Part shown: piece after piece, positions 1 through 10,093 of the stretch
Layout: each line of letters opens with the position of its first letter
How positions within the stretch are numbered: the stretch's first letter is position 1
Assembly (NCBI GenBank): GCA_937138605.1
Contig: CAKZPH010000021.1
Location: forward strand, 1-51,670
Source of the DNA: an uncultured Ignavibacteriales bacterium
GTDB lineage: Bacteria > Bacteroidota > Ignavibacteria > Ch128b
Direction: 5' to 3'
Length of the DNA stretch: 51,670 nucleotides
The notes under the pieces: generated by a model
What the model saw: only the letters and a program-made list of their open reading frames with translations
What the model was told of the DNA's origin: nothing
The model's database searches: none
Made by a program: the position numbers and the translations under genes

Positions 1-474
1 CTGTTGACCCATTTTTATGGTTGATAAAAATATTTTTCTCGAATGTGCCTATTACAAAAATCTTGATAAATGTATCAATCAGTTGTGAGGAAATGAATTA
101 ATCAGCCATGGGTAAGAAAAGTTTAAATGAAGAATCATTTTCATTCTGGATGTTTAAATTTCATATTTATTAAGCTGAAATGAAAAGATGAAAAAGTTTA
201 TATTACAATCGTCTCTGTTTTGAATCCAATATCACGACGATACTTAGAAAATATATACGACTGAATTTAAGTAATAAATAAATGGCTGCAGATAATTGGT
301 AGTCATAGTTTATCTGTGCAATAGGGTGTTTGAAATAAATTTTAACGTAACTTTTAAATGTATTAAAGTTAAATGTTTAGATCTTTACAATGATATTTAT
401 TAAAAAGTAACAAACAATGGAATTACTAATGATGTTTCTGTAAAGAATCAAGTTGTTAGTTCAGGATTTTCCCT

Positions 475-1461
475 TCAAGAAATGACCTTGCTACCAAGTC
501 TTCTTAAAAGTTGTTTAATATCATCAGGAAGTTCAGAATCAAATTGAACAAATAGATTTGTTATGGGATGATTAAATCCAAGTGTTTTAGCGTGTAAAGC
601 TTGCCGTTTCATAATTGCTAGTAGATCTTCTACTTCTTTTTTCAGTTTAGAAGTTACATTTGAGAAATGAATTTTTCTTCCCCCATAAGTTGGATCACCA
701 AAAACGGGATGATTTATATGAGAAAGATGAACTCTTATTTGATGAGTTCTTCCAGTTTTAAGTTTTAGTTTAACAAGGGAAAGATATTCAAATTCTTCGA
801 GAACACAATAATATGTAACAGCAGGCTTACCTTCTTTTACAACTGCAAACTTTTTACGATCAGATTTACTTCTTCCAATATGACCCTCAACAATTCCCTC
901 TTTATCTTTAAAGTGTCCCCAAACTACTGCCCAATACTCCCTATCAATGGAATGAGAGGAAAATTGTTTAGCAAGTTTAGCATGAGCAATATCATTTTTT
1001 GCCACAACCAGAAGTCCAGTTGTATCTTTATCAATTCGATGAACTATCCCTGCCCTTTCAACCTCCGAGATTTTTGATAGGTTTTGAGTGTGATAGAGTA
1101 AAGCATTTACTAGAGTACCCTTATAATTCCCCAGAGCAGGATGAACCACCATCCCTGCAGGTTTATTTAAGATTATAATGTCCTCATCTTCATAAATAAT
1201 ATTAAGTGGTATTGGTTCGGGTAAGGTTTTCGATGGTCGCGGCTTAACGGGTATGGTTACTTCAACAACATCACCAGGTATCAATTGATAAGATGGTTTA
1301 ACAAATTTATCGTTAACTTTAACTTGCTGATTCTTAATTAAAGATTGAACTTTCGTGCGGGTTGAGTTTACAATTGAATGAGTTAGAAAAACATCCAGCC
1401 TTTCTTTTCGTTTGCCCTCAGGAATCACAAATCGGTATTTTTTCTCCGTGATGATTTCCAT
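475..1461 (-). CDS. rluD: RluA-family 23S rRNA pseudouridine synthase (RluD-like)
   Basis: 328-aa ORF. N-terminal S4-like segment (RLDVFLTH...), catalytic motif HRIDKDTTGLLVVAK, and C-terminal KTGRTHQIRVHL motif typical of RluA/RluD enzymes. Confidence 0.9.
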   Translation of the reverse strand: MEIITEKKYRFVIPEGKRKERLDVFLTHSIVNSTRTKVQSLIKNQQVKVNDKFVKPSYQLIPGDVVEVTIPVKPRPSKTLPEPIPLNIIYEDEDIIILNKPAGMVVHPALGNYKGTLVNALLYHTQNLSKISEVERAGIVHRIDKDTTGLLVVAKNDIAHAKLAKQFSSHSIDREYWAVVWGHFKDKEGIVEGHIGRSKSDRKKFAVVKEGKPAVTYYCVLEEFEYLSLVKLKLKTGRTHQIRVHLSHINHPVFGDPTYGGRKIHFSNVTSKLKKEVEDLLAIMKRQALHAKTLGFNHPITNLFVQFDSELPDDIKQLLRRLGSKVIS

Positions 1462-1710
1462 CGAACAAAAATAATCATTCTGACTTTATTTTAATTCATT
1501 AAAAATATTAAGAATATTACCAAAACATTTATTGAAGTAGTATAATCGCATCTACTTAATGGTCGTTTCAAACTATACAAAGTAAAATAAATTTTCTTAT
1601 TACGCACGACATACTAATCTGATATTTAGGATAACTTAAGAGGTTAACGAGAGGTTAAAGAGATTTGAATAAAATTTTTTTATCAATCAAACCGAACTTA
1701 AAGATTTTGA

Positions 1711-2319
1711 TTATTCTTCTTTTATTTGTGAATCATCAGAGGTTAGTAACTTTTGCTCAGTAGAGTTTTTAGGTTCTTTGTTTTCGTTTTTATGATAGAA
1801 TAAAATAAACAAAACTACTCCGATCGTTACTGACATATCGGCAATATTAAAAATAGGCCAGCGGTTATAAGTGTAACCAAACAAGCTCACATTGAAGAAA
1901 TCGAAATCAAGAAAGTCCACAACCTTACCATAAAAAAGAGGGGCTTCATTATAAATCACTCCATAAAACATTCTATCAATTAAATTTCCTACAGCACCAC
2001 CAAGAATTAATGCAAAAGGAAAACGAACAATAAATTTTTCATTTTTGATTTTAATTAAATAAATGGTTATAAAAATGCTTGCAACGAGCGAAAATAGAGT
2101 AAGGTAGATTTTTGCGGATTCACCAAAATCAATACCAAAGGCCATACCAGGATTTTCTATGTAGGTTATTCTGAAAAAATCACCTATTACACTAATGCTA
2201 TCATATAATTTCATACCTTCGATTTTTAATCCAAGGGAAGAAATTTCCAATCCTTTGATGAGAATTTTTGTGACCTGGTCGATTAAAACGACCAATAAAG
2301 ATACATAGAATGTTTTCAT
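1711..2319 (-). CDS. lspA: lipoprotein signal peptidase II
   Basis: 202-aa polytopic membrane ORF with NPGMAFG, VVDFLDF and FNIADMSV motifs (the two catalytic Asp regions of LspA). Its start abuts the stop of the dksA-like gene. Confidence 0.9.
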   Translation of the reverse strand: MKTFYVSLLVVLIDQVTKILIKGLEISSLGLKIEGMKLYDSISVIGDFFRITYIENPGMAFGIDFGESAKIYLTLFSLVASIFITIYLIKIKNEKFIVRFPFALILGGAVGNLIDRMFYGVIYNEAPLFYGKVVDFLDFDFFNVSLFGYTYNRWPIFNIADMSVTIGVVLFILFYHKNENKEPKNSTEQKLLTSDDSQIKEE

Positions 2320-2930
2320 TACTTACTGAACTTAACTTTGCATTTCATACAATGTTGAGTGTGAGGCACTGCTTCGAGTCGACCTTTTTCTATGACGGCT
2401 CCACAGTCTATACAATAACCATAAGAGCCATCTTCAATTCGTCTCAGAGCTGCATCCAAATAACTAAGGAACTTGGTTTCTCTTTGTGCCCATAAATAAT
2501 TCTTTTCTTTTTCAAAGGAATCAGTCCCCTGCTCTGCCATATGAAGAGAGTATGGTGAATTTTCATTAACAAAAGTACCTGTATTTTCATCCACCATTCT
2601 TTCACGCAACAATTCAAGTTGTTCAATAATTTCTTTTCTTTTTTCTAAGATGATCTGTTTGAAATATTCAAGCTCTTTTTTAGAATAAGCAGGTTTACGT
2701 GGTATTGTAACAGTTTTAATTTCTTGAACTGGTTTTTGTTCTTGTTCTTTAGTACGACTTCTCCTCACTTGAGTTTTCTTACTTTTTTCCTGTGTTTTTG
2801 ATAGATGCTTTTTATCCTTCACTGATTTTGAAGTAGACTTGGTAGTTTTAGCAGTTGCTTTTTTCGATGTCTTTTTCACAGCAGCTGACTTCCTGGTAGT
2901 TTTTGCGGTCGTTTTTTTTGCTTTTGCCAT
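2319..2930 (-). CDS. DksA/TraR-family C4 zinc-finger protein with Lys/Thr/Ala-rich (histone H1-like) N-terminal tail
   Basis: 203-aa ORF. C-terminal CIDC-x17-CMKC zinc finger preceded by a coiled-coil segment. The first ~70 aa are low-complexity K/T/A/S-rich. GAGGTG Shine-Dalgarno lies 5-6 nt upstream of the ATG at 2930. Confidence 0.8.
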   Translation of the reverse strand: MAKAKKTTAKTTRKSAAVKKTSKKATAKTTKSTSKSVKDKKHLSKTQEKSKKTQVRRSRTKEQEQKPVQEIKTVTIPRKPAYSKKELEYFKQIILEKRKEIIEQLELLRERMVDENTGTFVNENSPYSLHMAEQGTDSFEKEKNYLWAQRETKFLSYLDAALRRIEDGSYGYCIDCGAVIEKGRLEAVPHTQHCMKCKVKFSK

Positions 2931-2940
2931 TTGGCACCTC

Positions 2941-5900
2941 TCATTTTCTTTTAATTATTATCCTACAATTTTCATTTCCAACTTTCCATTCTTGAGCAAA
3001 TCCATCCGTTGAATCTTCAAATCTCAACTCTTCAGCTAAAGTCTCTTGCATAATATAAGATTTCATTTTAGAAATTGCTTCCTGAAGTACATCTGTTGTA
3101 ACAATTGAAATTTCGATTCGATCACTTACATCAAAATCAGCATCCTTTCTCATATTTTGTACACGATTTATAAACTCTCTGGCAAGTCCCTCTTGAATTA
3201 ATTCAGGAGTTAAATTAGTGTCCAAAGCAACTGTAATTCCGTCCTCACTTTCAACAATCCAACCTTCTATATCTTCACTAATTATTTCAACGTCTTCAGG
3301 CTTAATGAAAAATTCTTCTGATTCCAAATTAATTTTAACTGATTCACCCCTTGATAATAGTTCGATTTCATCTTTCCCAAAATTTCTGATAGCATTGGCA
3401 ACTTGATTTACTTTCTTCCCAAATTTAGGCCCAATTGATTTAAAGTTTGGTTTAGCTTTTTTAACTACAATATCTGAACCAGTATCAAGCATTTGTAAAG
3501 CCTTAACGTTAACTTCATCTAGAATAACTTGTTCCATCTGTCGAACTGAATCTTGATCTTCCTTTCTTACAACAACAAGCATCTTTTGAAGTGGCTGACG
3601 AACCTTCAAATTATTTTTTGCTCTGATAGACCTGGTTATAGAAACAATTTTTAATGCCACTTCCATCTTGTTTAACAACTCATAATCAATAAGTCCAACT
3701 TCAGGATAATAAGAAAGATGCACTGATTCATACGGCTCTTTATTCGTAACTGTATTTAAGCAACGATAAATTTCTTCTGATATAAATGGAGCAATAGGTG
3801 AACTTAATTTTGCAACCGTCACCAAACATTGATATAAAGTTTGATATGCGGAAATTTTATCTGCATTTTTCTCACTTTTCCAGAATCTTCGACGATTCCT
3901 ACGAACGTACCAATTGGAAAGTTGTTCTATGGTAAAGAATGAAATCGCACGAGCTACTCTAGTAATATCATACTCATCAAAATATTCTTTAACATTTTTT
4001 ACAAGCAGATTTAATGCCGATAAAATCCACTTATCAATCTCAGGTCTATCTTCAAAAGGTATTTCAGGCTCTTCATATTTAAACCCATCGAGATTAGCAT
4101 ATAAGGCAAAGAAAGCATAAGTGTTAATTAAGGTTCCAAAGAATTTTCTTTGAACGTCAAATAAATCTTCTTCATCGAATAGAGTAACTTTCCATGGTGG
4201 ACTGTTTGATATCAAATACCAACGAGTAGTATCGGCTCCGTATTTTTCAACAATCTGGAAGGGATCCACTGTATTTCCTAACGACTTGGACATTTTTTTC
4301 CCTTCCTTGTCAAGAATTAATTCATTAACAAGAACATTCTTATAAGCTGGTTTTTTGAATAGAAAAGTATTAATAGCATGAAGCGAATAGAACCAGCCTC
4401 GAGTTTGATCAATTCCTTCTGCAATAAAATCTGCAGGATAAGCTTTTTCAAAAACTTCTTTGTTTTCAAAGGGATAGTGGAATTGCGCAAAAGGCATTGC
4501 TCCTGAATCATACCAAACATCAATCAATTCAGGAGTGCGTCGATAAACTTTGCCATTTTTCCTGAAGATTATTTTATCCACATAAGGTTTATGCAAATCA
4601 AGATCCGTTAACTTGCTAACGGGTATCTCTCTTCCATCATCGGTGACAAAAAATCCTTGTTTTAACTCTTCGATGCTACCAACAGCAAACATATCTTCAC
4701 CATCTTCACTAATCCAAATTGGGAGTGGTGTTCCCCAGAATCTGTCACGTGAAAGTGCCCAATCTTTATTTTCTTCAAGCCAATTTCCAAATCTACCTCT
4801 TCCTACTTCTGGTGGATACCAATTTATCTGCTCATTAAGTTCGATCATCATATCCACGTATTTTGTCGTTGAAATGTACCAGCTACTCCTTGCATAATAA
4901 AGAAGTGGCGATTTACATCTCCAGCAATGCGGATAACTATGTTCAATAGTTTCTTTTTTAAATAAAAGATGCCTTGATTTCAGGTTTTGAATAATATGTG
5001 GATCGGCTTCTTTAACGTTCATAAATTTAAAGTCACTTACACTTTCATTGAAGCATCCACTTTTATCAACAGGATTTATGAAAGGAAGATCATAAGTTTT
5101 GCCAATTTGATAGTCATCTTCACCAAAGGCTGGAGCTATATGTACAATACCTGAACCGTCTTCTGTTGTAACGAAATCACCAGTGACGACATAAAATCCC
5201 TTTTTATCAACGGGTATATAATCAAACAATCTTTCATATTCCCAACCGAAAAGATCTTTACCGGAGTATTTTCCCACAATTTCGTAGTTGGATGGTAAAA
5301 CGCTAAGCCTTGCCTCAGCTAATATTAAGTAATATGGTTTGTTGTATTGATCAAATAACCTGACCTTGACGTAATTAGTATCAGGATTGACTGCCAGAGC
5401 AACGTTGGATATCAAAGTCCAAGGTGTTGTTGTCCATACTAAAAAATAAGTTTCCTCCTGTCCCTTTACTTTAATTGCTACATAGATTGATGGGTCTTTT
5501 ACATCTTCATATCCAAGTGAGAGTTCATGAGATGAAAGTGGCGTTTCACAACGTGTACAATATGGTTGAATTTTAAATCCTTTATAAATGTATCCCTCAT
5601 CAAAGAACTTTTTCAAAGACCACCAGACAGATTCTATGTATTCATTTGTACAGGTAACATATGCATCGTCTAGATTTATCCAATAACCTATTCTTCTAGT
5701 CAATTCATTCCAATCTTTTACATAAGTAAAAACTGAGGTTTTACAAGCCTGATTAAATTTTTCTATACCATATTTTACGATTTCATCTTTAGTTTTAATT
5801 CCCAATTCTTTTTCAACTTCAATTTCAACTGGAAGACCATGAGTATCCCAACCAGCTTTTCGTTTTACCTGAAATCCATCTAAAGTTTTGTAACGACAAA

Positions 5901-6102
5901 CAATATCTTTTATAGTTCTTGCCATTACGTGGTGGATTCCCGGTCTTCCATTTGCCGTTGGTGGTCCCTCATAAAAAGTAAAGGGCTTATTTAAATCTCG
6001 AGTTTCGATACTCTTTTCGAAAATTTTATTTTTTTCCCAAAACTCTAAAATTTCCTTTTCAATTGCAGAAAAATTGACTTTATCTGAGTACTGTTTATAC
6101 AT
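2941..6102 (-). CDS. ileS: isoleucine--tRNA ligase (Thermus/Bacteroidetes-like type lacking canonical HIGH)
   Basis: 1053-aa ORF. PPTANGRPGIHHVMAR (variant HIGH region), GWDTHGLPVE, an editing-domain-sized insert, and the KMSKS motif (KKMSKSLGN). Confidence 0.97.
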   Translation of the reverse strand: MYKQYSDKVNFSAIEKEILEFWEKNKIFEKSIETRDLNKPFTFYEGPPTANGRPGIHHVMARTIKDIVCRYKTLDGFQVKRKAGWDTHGLPVEIEVEKELGIKTKDEIVKYGIEKFNQACKTSVFTYVKDWNELTRRIGYWINLDDAYVTCTNEYIESVWWSLKKFFDEGYIYKGFKIQPYCTRCETPLSSHELSLGYEDVKDPSIYVAIKVKGQEETYFLVWTTTPWTLISNVALAVNPDTNYVKVRLFDQYNKPYYLILAEARLSVLPSNYEIVGKYSGKDLFGWEYERLFDYIPVDKKGFYVVTGDFVTTEDGSGIVHIAPAFGEDDYQIGKTYDLPFINPVDKSGCFNESVSDFKFMNVKEADPHIIQNLKSRHLLFKKETIEHSYPHCWRCKSPLLYYARSSWYISTTKYVDMMIELNEQINWYPPEVGRGRFGNWLEENKDWALSRDRFWGTPLPIWISEDGEDMFAVGSIEELKQGFFVTDDGREIPVSKLTDLDLHKPYVDKIIFRKNGKVYRRTPELIDVWYDSGAMPFAQFHYPFENKEVFEKAYPADFIAEGIDQTRGWFYSLHAINTFLFKKPAYKNVLVNELILDKEGKKMSKSLGNTVDPFQIVEKYGADTTRWYLISNSPPWKVTLFDEEDLFDVQRKFFGTLINTYAFFALYANLDGFKYEEPEIPFEDRPEIDKWILSALNLLVKNVKEYFDEYDITRVARAISFFTIEQLSNWYVRRNRRRFWKSEKNADKISAYQTLYQCLVTVAKLSSPIAPFISEEIYRCLNTVTNKEPYESVHLSYYPEVGLIDYELLNKMEVALKIVSITRSIRAKNNLKVRQPLQKMLVVVRKEDQDSVRQMEQVILDEVNVKALQMLDTGSDIVVKKAKPNFKSIGPKFGKKVNQVANAIRNFGKDEIELLSRGESVKINLESEEFFIKPEDVEIISEDIEGWIVESEDGITVALDTNLTPELIQEGLAREFINRVQNMRKDADFDVSDRIEISIVTTDVLQEAISKMKSYIMQETLAEELRFEDSTDGFAQEWKVGNENCRIIIKRK

Positions 6103-6289
6103 TTCCCTTAAATAATTTTGTTCAAATTTATCTTTAGAAAATTACTTCGAAATTAATCTTTTTATTTAATTTTTGAAAGAGTGCGAAAATTACAGAAAGA
6201 ATTTAAAATACAATTTTAAGAGAATTGCATCTTAATGGTTATTATGTAAAATCTGTTTGATGATTTATAAAATAAAATTTAGAATTTAA

Positions 6290-8392
6290 CTAAAATGCTT
6301 CGCCAATCCCTAAGTGAATTTGCAGGGCATTAAAGAAAGATCTCTTGAATATGGTTTTTTGAGTAAATGGATCATAAAATTGAGTACCGAAATCAAGTCT
6401 AAATGGTGCAAAAGAAGTGTAATATCTTAAACCTAAACCAAATGTAACTGCAATTGATTTAATATTGAATTGTTTCAAACTAGACCATGTATTTCCAAAA
6501 TCAAAAAACACAGCTGAGCCCAAATCACCAATAATTATGTTCCTTGATTCTATTGAACCCTCAAGCAATGCTCTACCGCCAATTTCAGTAATAGTAATTT
6601 CTTTACCAGAAACATCGAGATACGTCAAGCTTGGGCTAAGAGACCTAGCACGCCAGCCCCTTATGGAATTACTGCCACCAGCAAAAAATAATTTACTCTG
6701 TGATATTGATTTTTCACCGAAAATCTTTTGCATGTATCCTATTCTTAATTTATATGCAACTGCACCTTTTGCTGGCTTCCATGGATTTGTATAAACCGTG
6801 ATTCCAGCAACTGTTTTGTAGTATTGAATATTTCTATCAATTTCTTTGCTAAGTAGATTTTTCAAATAAGGTAAGAGACCTGTGAACTCTAATGAAAATT
6901 GAATGTTAAACCCTTTCGTAGGATAAAACATATCATTTTCATGATTTCCGAATAAATCAAGTCCTATTATCGTGTTAGAATGTCTTAAAAAAGATTCACT
7001 TTCACTTTTTAATATGTTTTCACTGGTATCTTCTGGAGAAAGTGGAAAACCGGAGGAAACAAGAACAGCCTTAATAAAGTCAAAAGAAAGTTGGGGCTTA
7101 AAGTCAATTTTTTCTGATTCATAGCCAAAATATATCCCATAATTGTTGAAAAAGACAAACCTGGGAAGTTCAAATAAGAACGAAACTTTTGAACCAGTTG
7201 TATAATATCGGTAAAACTTTTGTTGTTCTGCTGAGGCATAAATCTCCCATTTTCCTTTTATATCCTTAAAAAATAAGTATGGCTGCTCAACGCTCAGATT
7301 TAATGAAGCAATACCAAAAACAGTCGTGTCTTTTAGACCATTTTTGCCAAAAACATCTTTATAATTCACACTGAAAAAATCTTGTGAAACAATTGATGCT
7401 TCAGCTGTAAACTTTCTTGCTCTTCCAAAAAAATTCTTTCTAGTGAAGTTCAATCCTAAACCCAGATTAAATCTACTCGATTGATTGTTTATAATAATTT
7501 CTGGACCTAATTCATTCATCTTACTTACATCAACATTTACATTTACTGGAACAGTAGAGTTAATTGTATCAGCAATAACACCAGCAACAAATGCGGAAGT
7601 GAAAAGTCCTGTACGGTAAAGTCTTAGTTGACTTTCAGCAAGTTCAAGTTGATTATACCTTTGACCAGGTTTAATTTTTATAAGGTTATAAATTAAGCTA
7701 TTTTCAACTAATGCAGGTGAATAACCGGTTTTATTTATTCGTATTTCACTAATAGTAAAATATCGGTTTGGATTAATCTCAACTTGAACATCTACGTATC
7801 TTAAGACCTTATCGATTGTTGCAACTACTTTCCCTCGTTCGGCCAACATAAAACCAAAATTTCTTAATTCATTGACAATTCTTAAAGCATCTTCTTCAAT
7901 CAAATCCTTTTGAAAAAAGCTTTGAGATTTGATTTTTCTTTCTTCAATAATCTTGTTATACAACCATGCACCTATTTTTAAAGAGTCAACACCGATATAA
8001 ACATAATCTCGAATTCTAAATCTTTCTCCTTCATCAATCGTGAAAATTAATCTGGCAATTTTATTTTTCGGATTAAAGGAGTAACTATATTCCACTTTAA
8101 CCAAGAAAAATCCATTGTCCTGATAAAACTTTTCCAATCGTTTAACATCTTCTTTTAAATCTAATGAATCAAAATAAACAGGCTCTTTGCCCATACCTGT
8201 TAACTTATTAAGAACTTTCCAAAACCAGAATGGAGTCTCACGTGAAATAATTACACTTGAAAGTGTGGAAGAAGAAAAATATTTATTACCCTGAAACTCA
8301 ATCTTTGTTAGTTCATAAAATTCATCCTGTGCGTAAACCAAATTAAAAATTATACACAAAATCAATACGTACTTTTGCATTGTAATTACCAC
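6290..8392 (-). CDS. Omp85 (BamA/TamA) family outer-membrane protein
   Basis: 700-aa ORF with signal peptide, POTRA-like N-terminal segments (IEFQGNKYFS..., RIRDYVYIG...) and a C-terminal beta-barrel ending in aromatic F. The track start is GTG at 8392. ATG at 8380 (MQKYVLILC...) is an equally plausible start. Confidence 0.75.
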   Translation of the reverse strand: MVITMQKYVLILCIIFNLVYAQDEFYELTKIEFQGNKYFSSSTLSSVIISRETPFWFWKVLNKLTGMGKEPVYFDSLDLKEDVKRLEKFYQDNGFFLVKVEYSYSFNPKNKIARLIFTIDEGERFRIRDYVYIGVDSLKIGAWLYNKIIEERKIKSQSFFQKDLIEEDALRIVNELRNFGFMLAERGKVVATIDKVLRYVDVQVEINPNRYFTISEIRINKTGYSPALVENSLIYNLIKIKPGQRYNQLELAESQLRLYRTGLFTSAFVAGVIADTINSTVPVNVNVDVSKMNELGPEIIINNQSSRFNLGLGLNFTRKNFFGRARKFTAEASIVSQDFFSVNYKDVFGKNGLKDTTVFGIASLNLSVEQPYLFFKDIKGKWEIYASAEQQKFYRYYTTGSKVSFLFELPRFVFFNNYGIYFGYESEKIDFKPQLSFDFIKAVLVSSGFPLSPEDTSENILKSESESFLRHSNTIIGLDLFGNHENDMFYPTKGFNIQFSLEFTGLLPYLKNLLSKEIDRNIQYYKTVAGITVYTNPWKPAKGAVAYKLRIGYMQKIFGEKSISQSKLFFAGGSNSIRGWRARSLSPSLTYLDVSGKEITITEIGGRALLEGSIESRNIIIGDLGSAVFFDFGNTWSSLKQFNIKSIAVTFGLGLRYYTSFAPFRLDFGTQFYDPFTQKTIFKRSFFNALQIHLGIGEAF

Positions 8393-9468
8393 AAACCACT
8401 TTTAGAAATTACTGATTCATTATCCTGAGCAAACTTTATAATGTTATGAATATATTCATTCAATCTTTTTGGCTTCAAATTATATGGTTTAAGAAATTCT
8501 AAAGTTTTGTCACACTTCAAAATCAAATTGTGATCAAAATAATCAATCATTTCAGGATAAAGTCCAGACAAATCCTGAACAATTGATGACTTCATGATCG
8601 TTCGCATAAAACTATATGAAACCTTAACGGTTATAATTTTTTTATTTAATACCTGTGCAAAAAGTTGAATAAGTTGTAATTGTGTTAAAGGTTCTGGATC
8701 AGAAAGATGATATGTACTCAAAACCGATGAATGTTTAGATAAAATTCGAATTGCTTCAACTACATAATCAACATGAATAAGATTTACCGGGCAGTTACCG
8801 CTCCCAATCTGAGTCATGAAAGTATAACAGGGCATTTTGCTCAGGAGAAAAATAACCGGATATGGCCCATCAAATTTGTTTGTTTCGCCGTTCTCGGAAT
8901 CACCAATTACTACAGAAGGACGATAAATGATGTACGGAATAAAATCTTTAGAATCGCGAATGTATTTTTCCGATATGAACTTAGTTTCATCATAAAAATT
9001 TTTGAAAGTCTGACCCATATCAAAATCATCTTCAGTAAAAATTCCAGTGTACCATCCCGCAACGTAGCAAGTACTAACGTGATGAAACTTTTCCAGTTGT
9101 CGACAATTCTTTGCAAAAGCAAGAATATTTTGGGTACCTCTGACATTAACATCATATGCTAAATCTTTATTAACCCTTAAATCATAAACTGCAGCAAGAT
9201 TAAAAATTTCGGTTATTAAATTAAAATCAAGTGCTTTATTATTTATTCCAAGATTGTTAAAACGTAAATCACCACGGATAATTTTTAATCTACCCTTTAA
9301 GAATTCAAAATTATTTTCAAGTATATTAATCTCAGTCTGTGCTTTTTGATAAAATTTATCTTGCACTAACAAATATGCAACTGAGTCTTTTCTATCCTTC
9401 ATAATTTTAGGCAGCAATTTTGAAGCAATGAAGCCTGGAAATCCTGTTATAAGAATATCTTTACTCAT
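8386..9468 (-). CDS. extended SDR / thioester-reductase-like NAD(P)-binding protein (NAD_binding_4-like)
   Basis: 360-aa ORF. Rossmann motif ILITGFPGFIASKL, active-site YDETK (YxxxK), and overall epimerase/acyl-reductase-like layout. The stop overlaps the Omp85 ORF by 7 nt. Confidence 0.7.
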   Translation of the reverse strand: MSKDILITGFPGFIASKLLPKIMKDRKDSVAYLLVQDKFYQKAQTEINILENNFEFLKGRLKIIRGDLRFNNLGINNKALDFNLITEIFNLAAVYDLRVNKDLAYDVNVRGTQNILAFAKNCRQLEKFHHVSTCYVAGWYTGIFTEDDFDMGQTFKNFYDETKFISEKYIRDSKDFIPYIIYRPSVVIGDSENGETNKFDGPYPVIFLLSKMPCYTFMTQIGSGNCPVNLIHVDYVVEAIRILSKHSSVLSTYHLSDPEPLTQLQLIQLFAQVLNKKIITVKVSYSFMRTIMKSSIVQDLSGLYPEMIDYFDHNLILKCDKTLEFLKPYNLKPKRLNEYIHNIIKFAQDNESVISKSGLW

Positions 9469-10093
9469 ACTTCACAATTTTTTTCATTGATGGAAAATAT
9501 TCAAGAAATTCTTTATCAAGAATCGAATTGAAGTATTCTTTCACGAAATCATATTTTTCGTACTTTAAGTTTTTAGAATAAACAATATTAACTAAATTTC
9601 TATCAATTTGTTGTGTATAACATGAAAAGAATTCTAATTTATCAAGGGAAAACAAATATTGATAAATTTCAACATTACCTGTTCCGATATATCCTGAGCC
9701 TGTATCGTAATATATGAAGCTCAAACTATCCGGTGATAACTTTATAATCTTAACTCTAGATGTATCTCTAAAACCACTATGAACCGGTGTCTTCGTATGG
9801 ATTCTTGGTCTACTTTCTGTCGTATCAAAAGCAAAAAATCTTATTCCATCAATTGAATCCTCTTCAATGCCAACAAAAACTCTATTCACCGAGTCATAAA
9901 TAGCAAAAAATGTCCAGGGAGAATAAACCTCCTGAGAAATTAGCAGAGGATCTGATATCTCAAAATCATTTGTCTCAGTTTTTTCCTTAATGGGAGCTTC
10001 TACTATTTCTTTTTCTTTTTTACAAGAAACGAATAGTATACTAATAAATAATAACGGTAGTACCAATCTTACATACACTATAAAGCTCCTCAA
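9461..10093 (-). CDS. hypothetical lipoprotein
   Basis: 210-aa ORF with lipobox (LFVSC). The track start is TTG at 10093. GTG at 10078 is preceded by AGGAG with a 7-nt spacer and is the more likely start. No recognisable domain. Confidence 0.5.
   Translation of the reverse strand: MRSFIVYVRLVLPLLFISILFVSCKKEKEIVEAPIKEKTETNDFEISDPLLISQEVYSPWTFFAIYDSVNRVFVGIEEDSIDGIRFFAFDTTESRPRIHTKTPVHSGFRDTSRVKIIKLSPDSLSFIYYDTGSGYIGTGNVEIYQYLFSLDKLEFFSCYTQQIDRNLVNIVYSKNLKYEKYDFVKEYFNSILDKEFLEYFPSMKKIVKYE

Noticed and set aside
1-474. 474 nt without any ORF of 60 aa or more at the window edge. Checked for small ORFs (e.g. 21-codon ORF at 108) and for tmRNA, SRP, RNase P or riboswitch-like motifs.
   Set aside because: No SD-supported small ORF, no conserved RNA motif and no stable extended pairing that I can recognise by eye. 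It may simply be the rluD 3' region plus a promoter region for a gene outside the window.
1639-1658. Direct repeat agaggttaa x2 with 11-nt period between lspA and rluD
   Set aside because: Too short to distinguish from chance, and I cannot link it to a known operator or promoter element.
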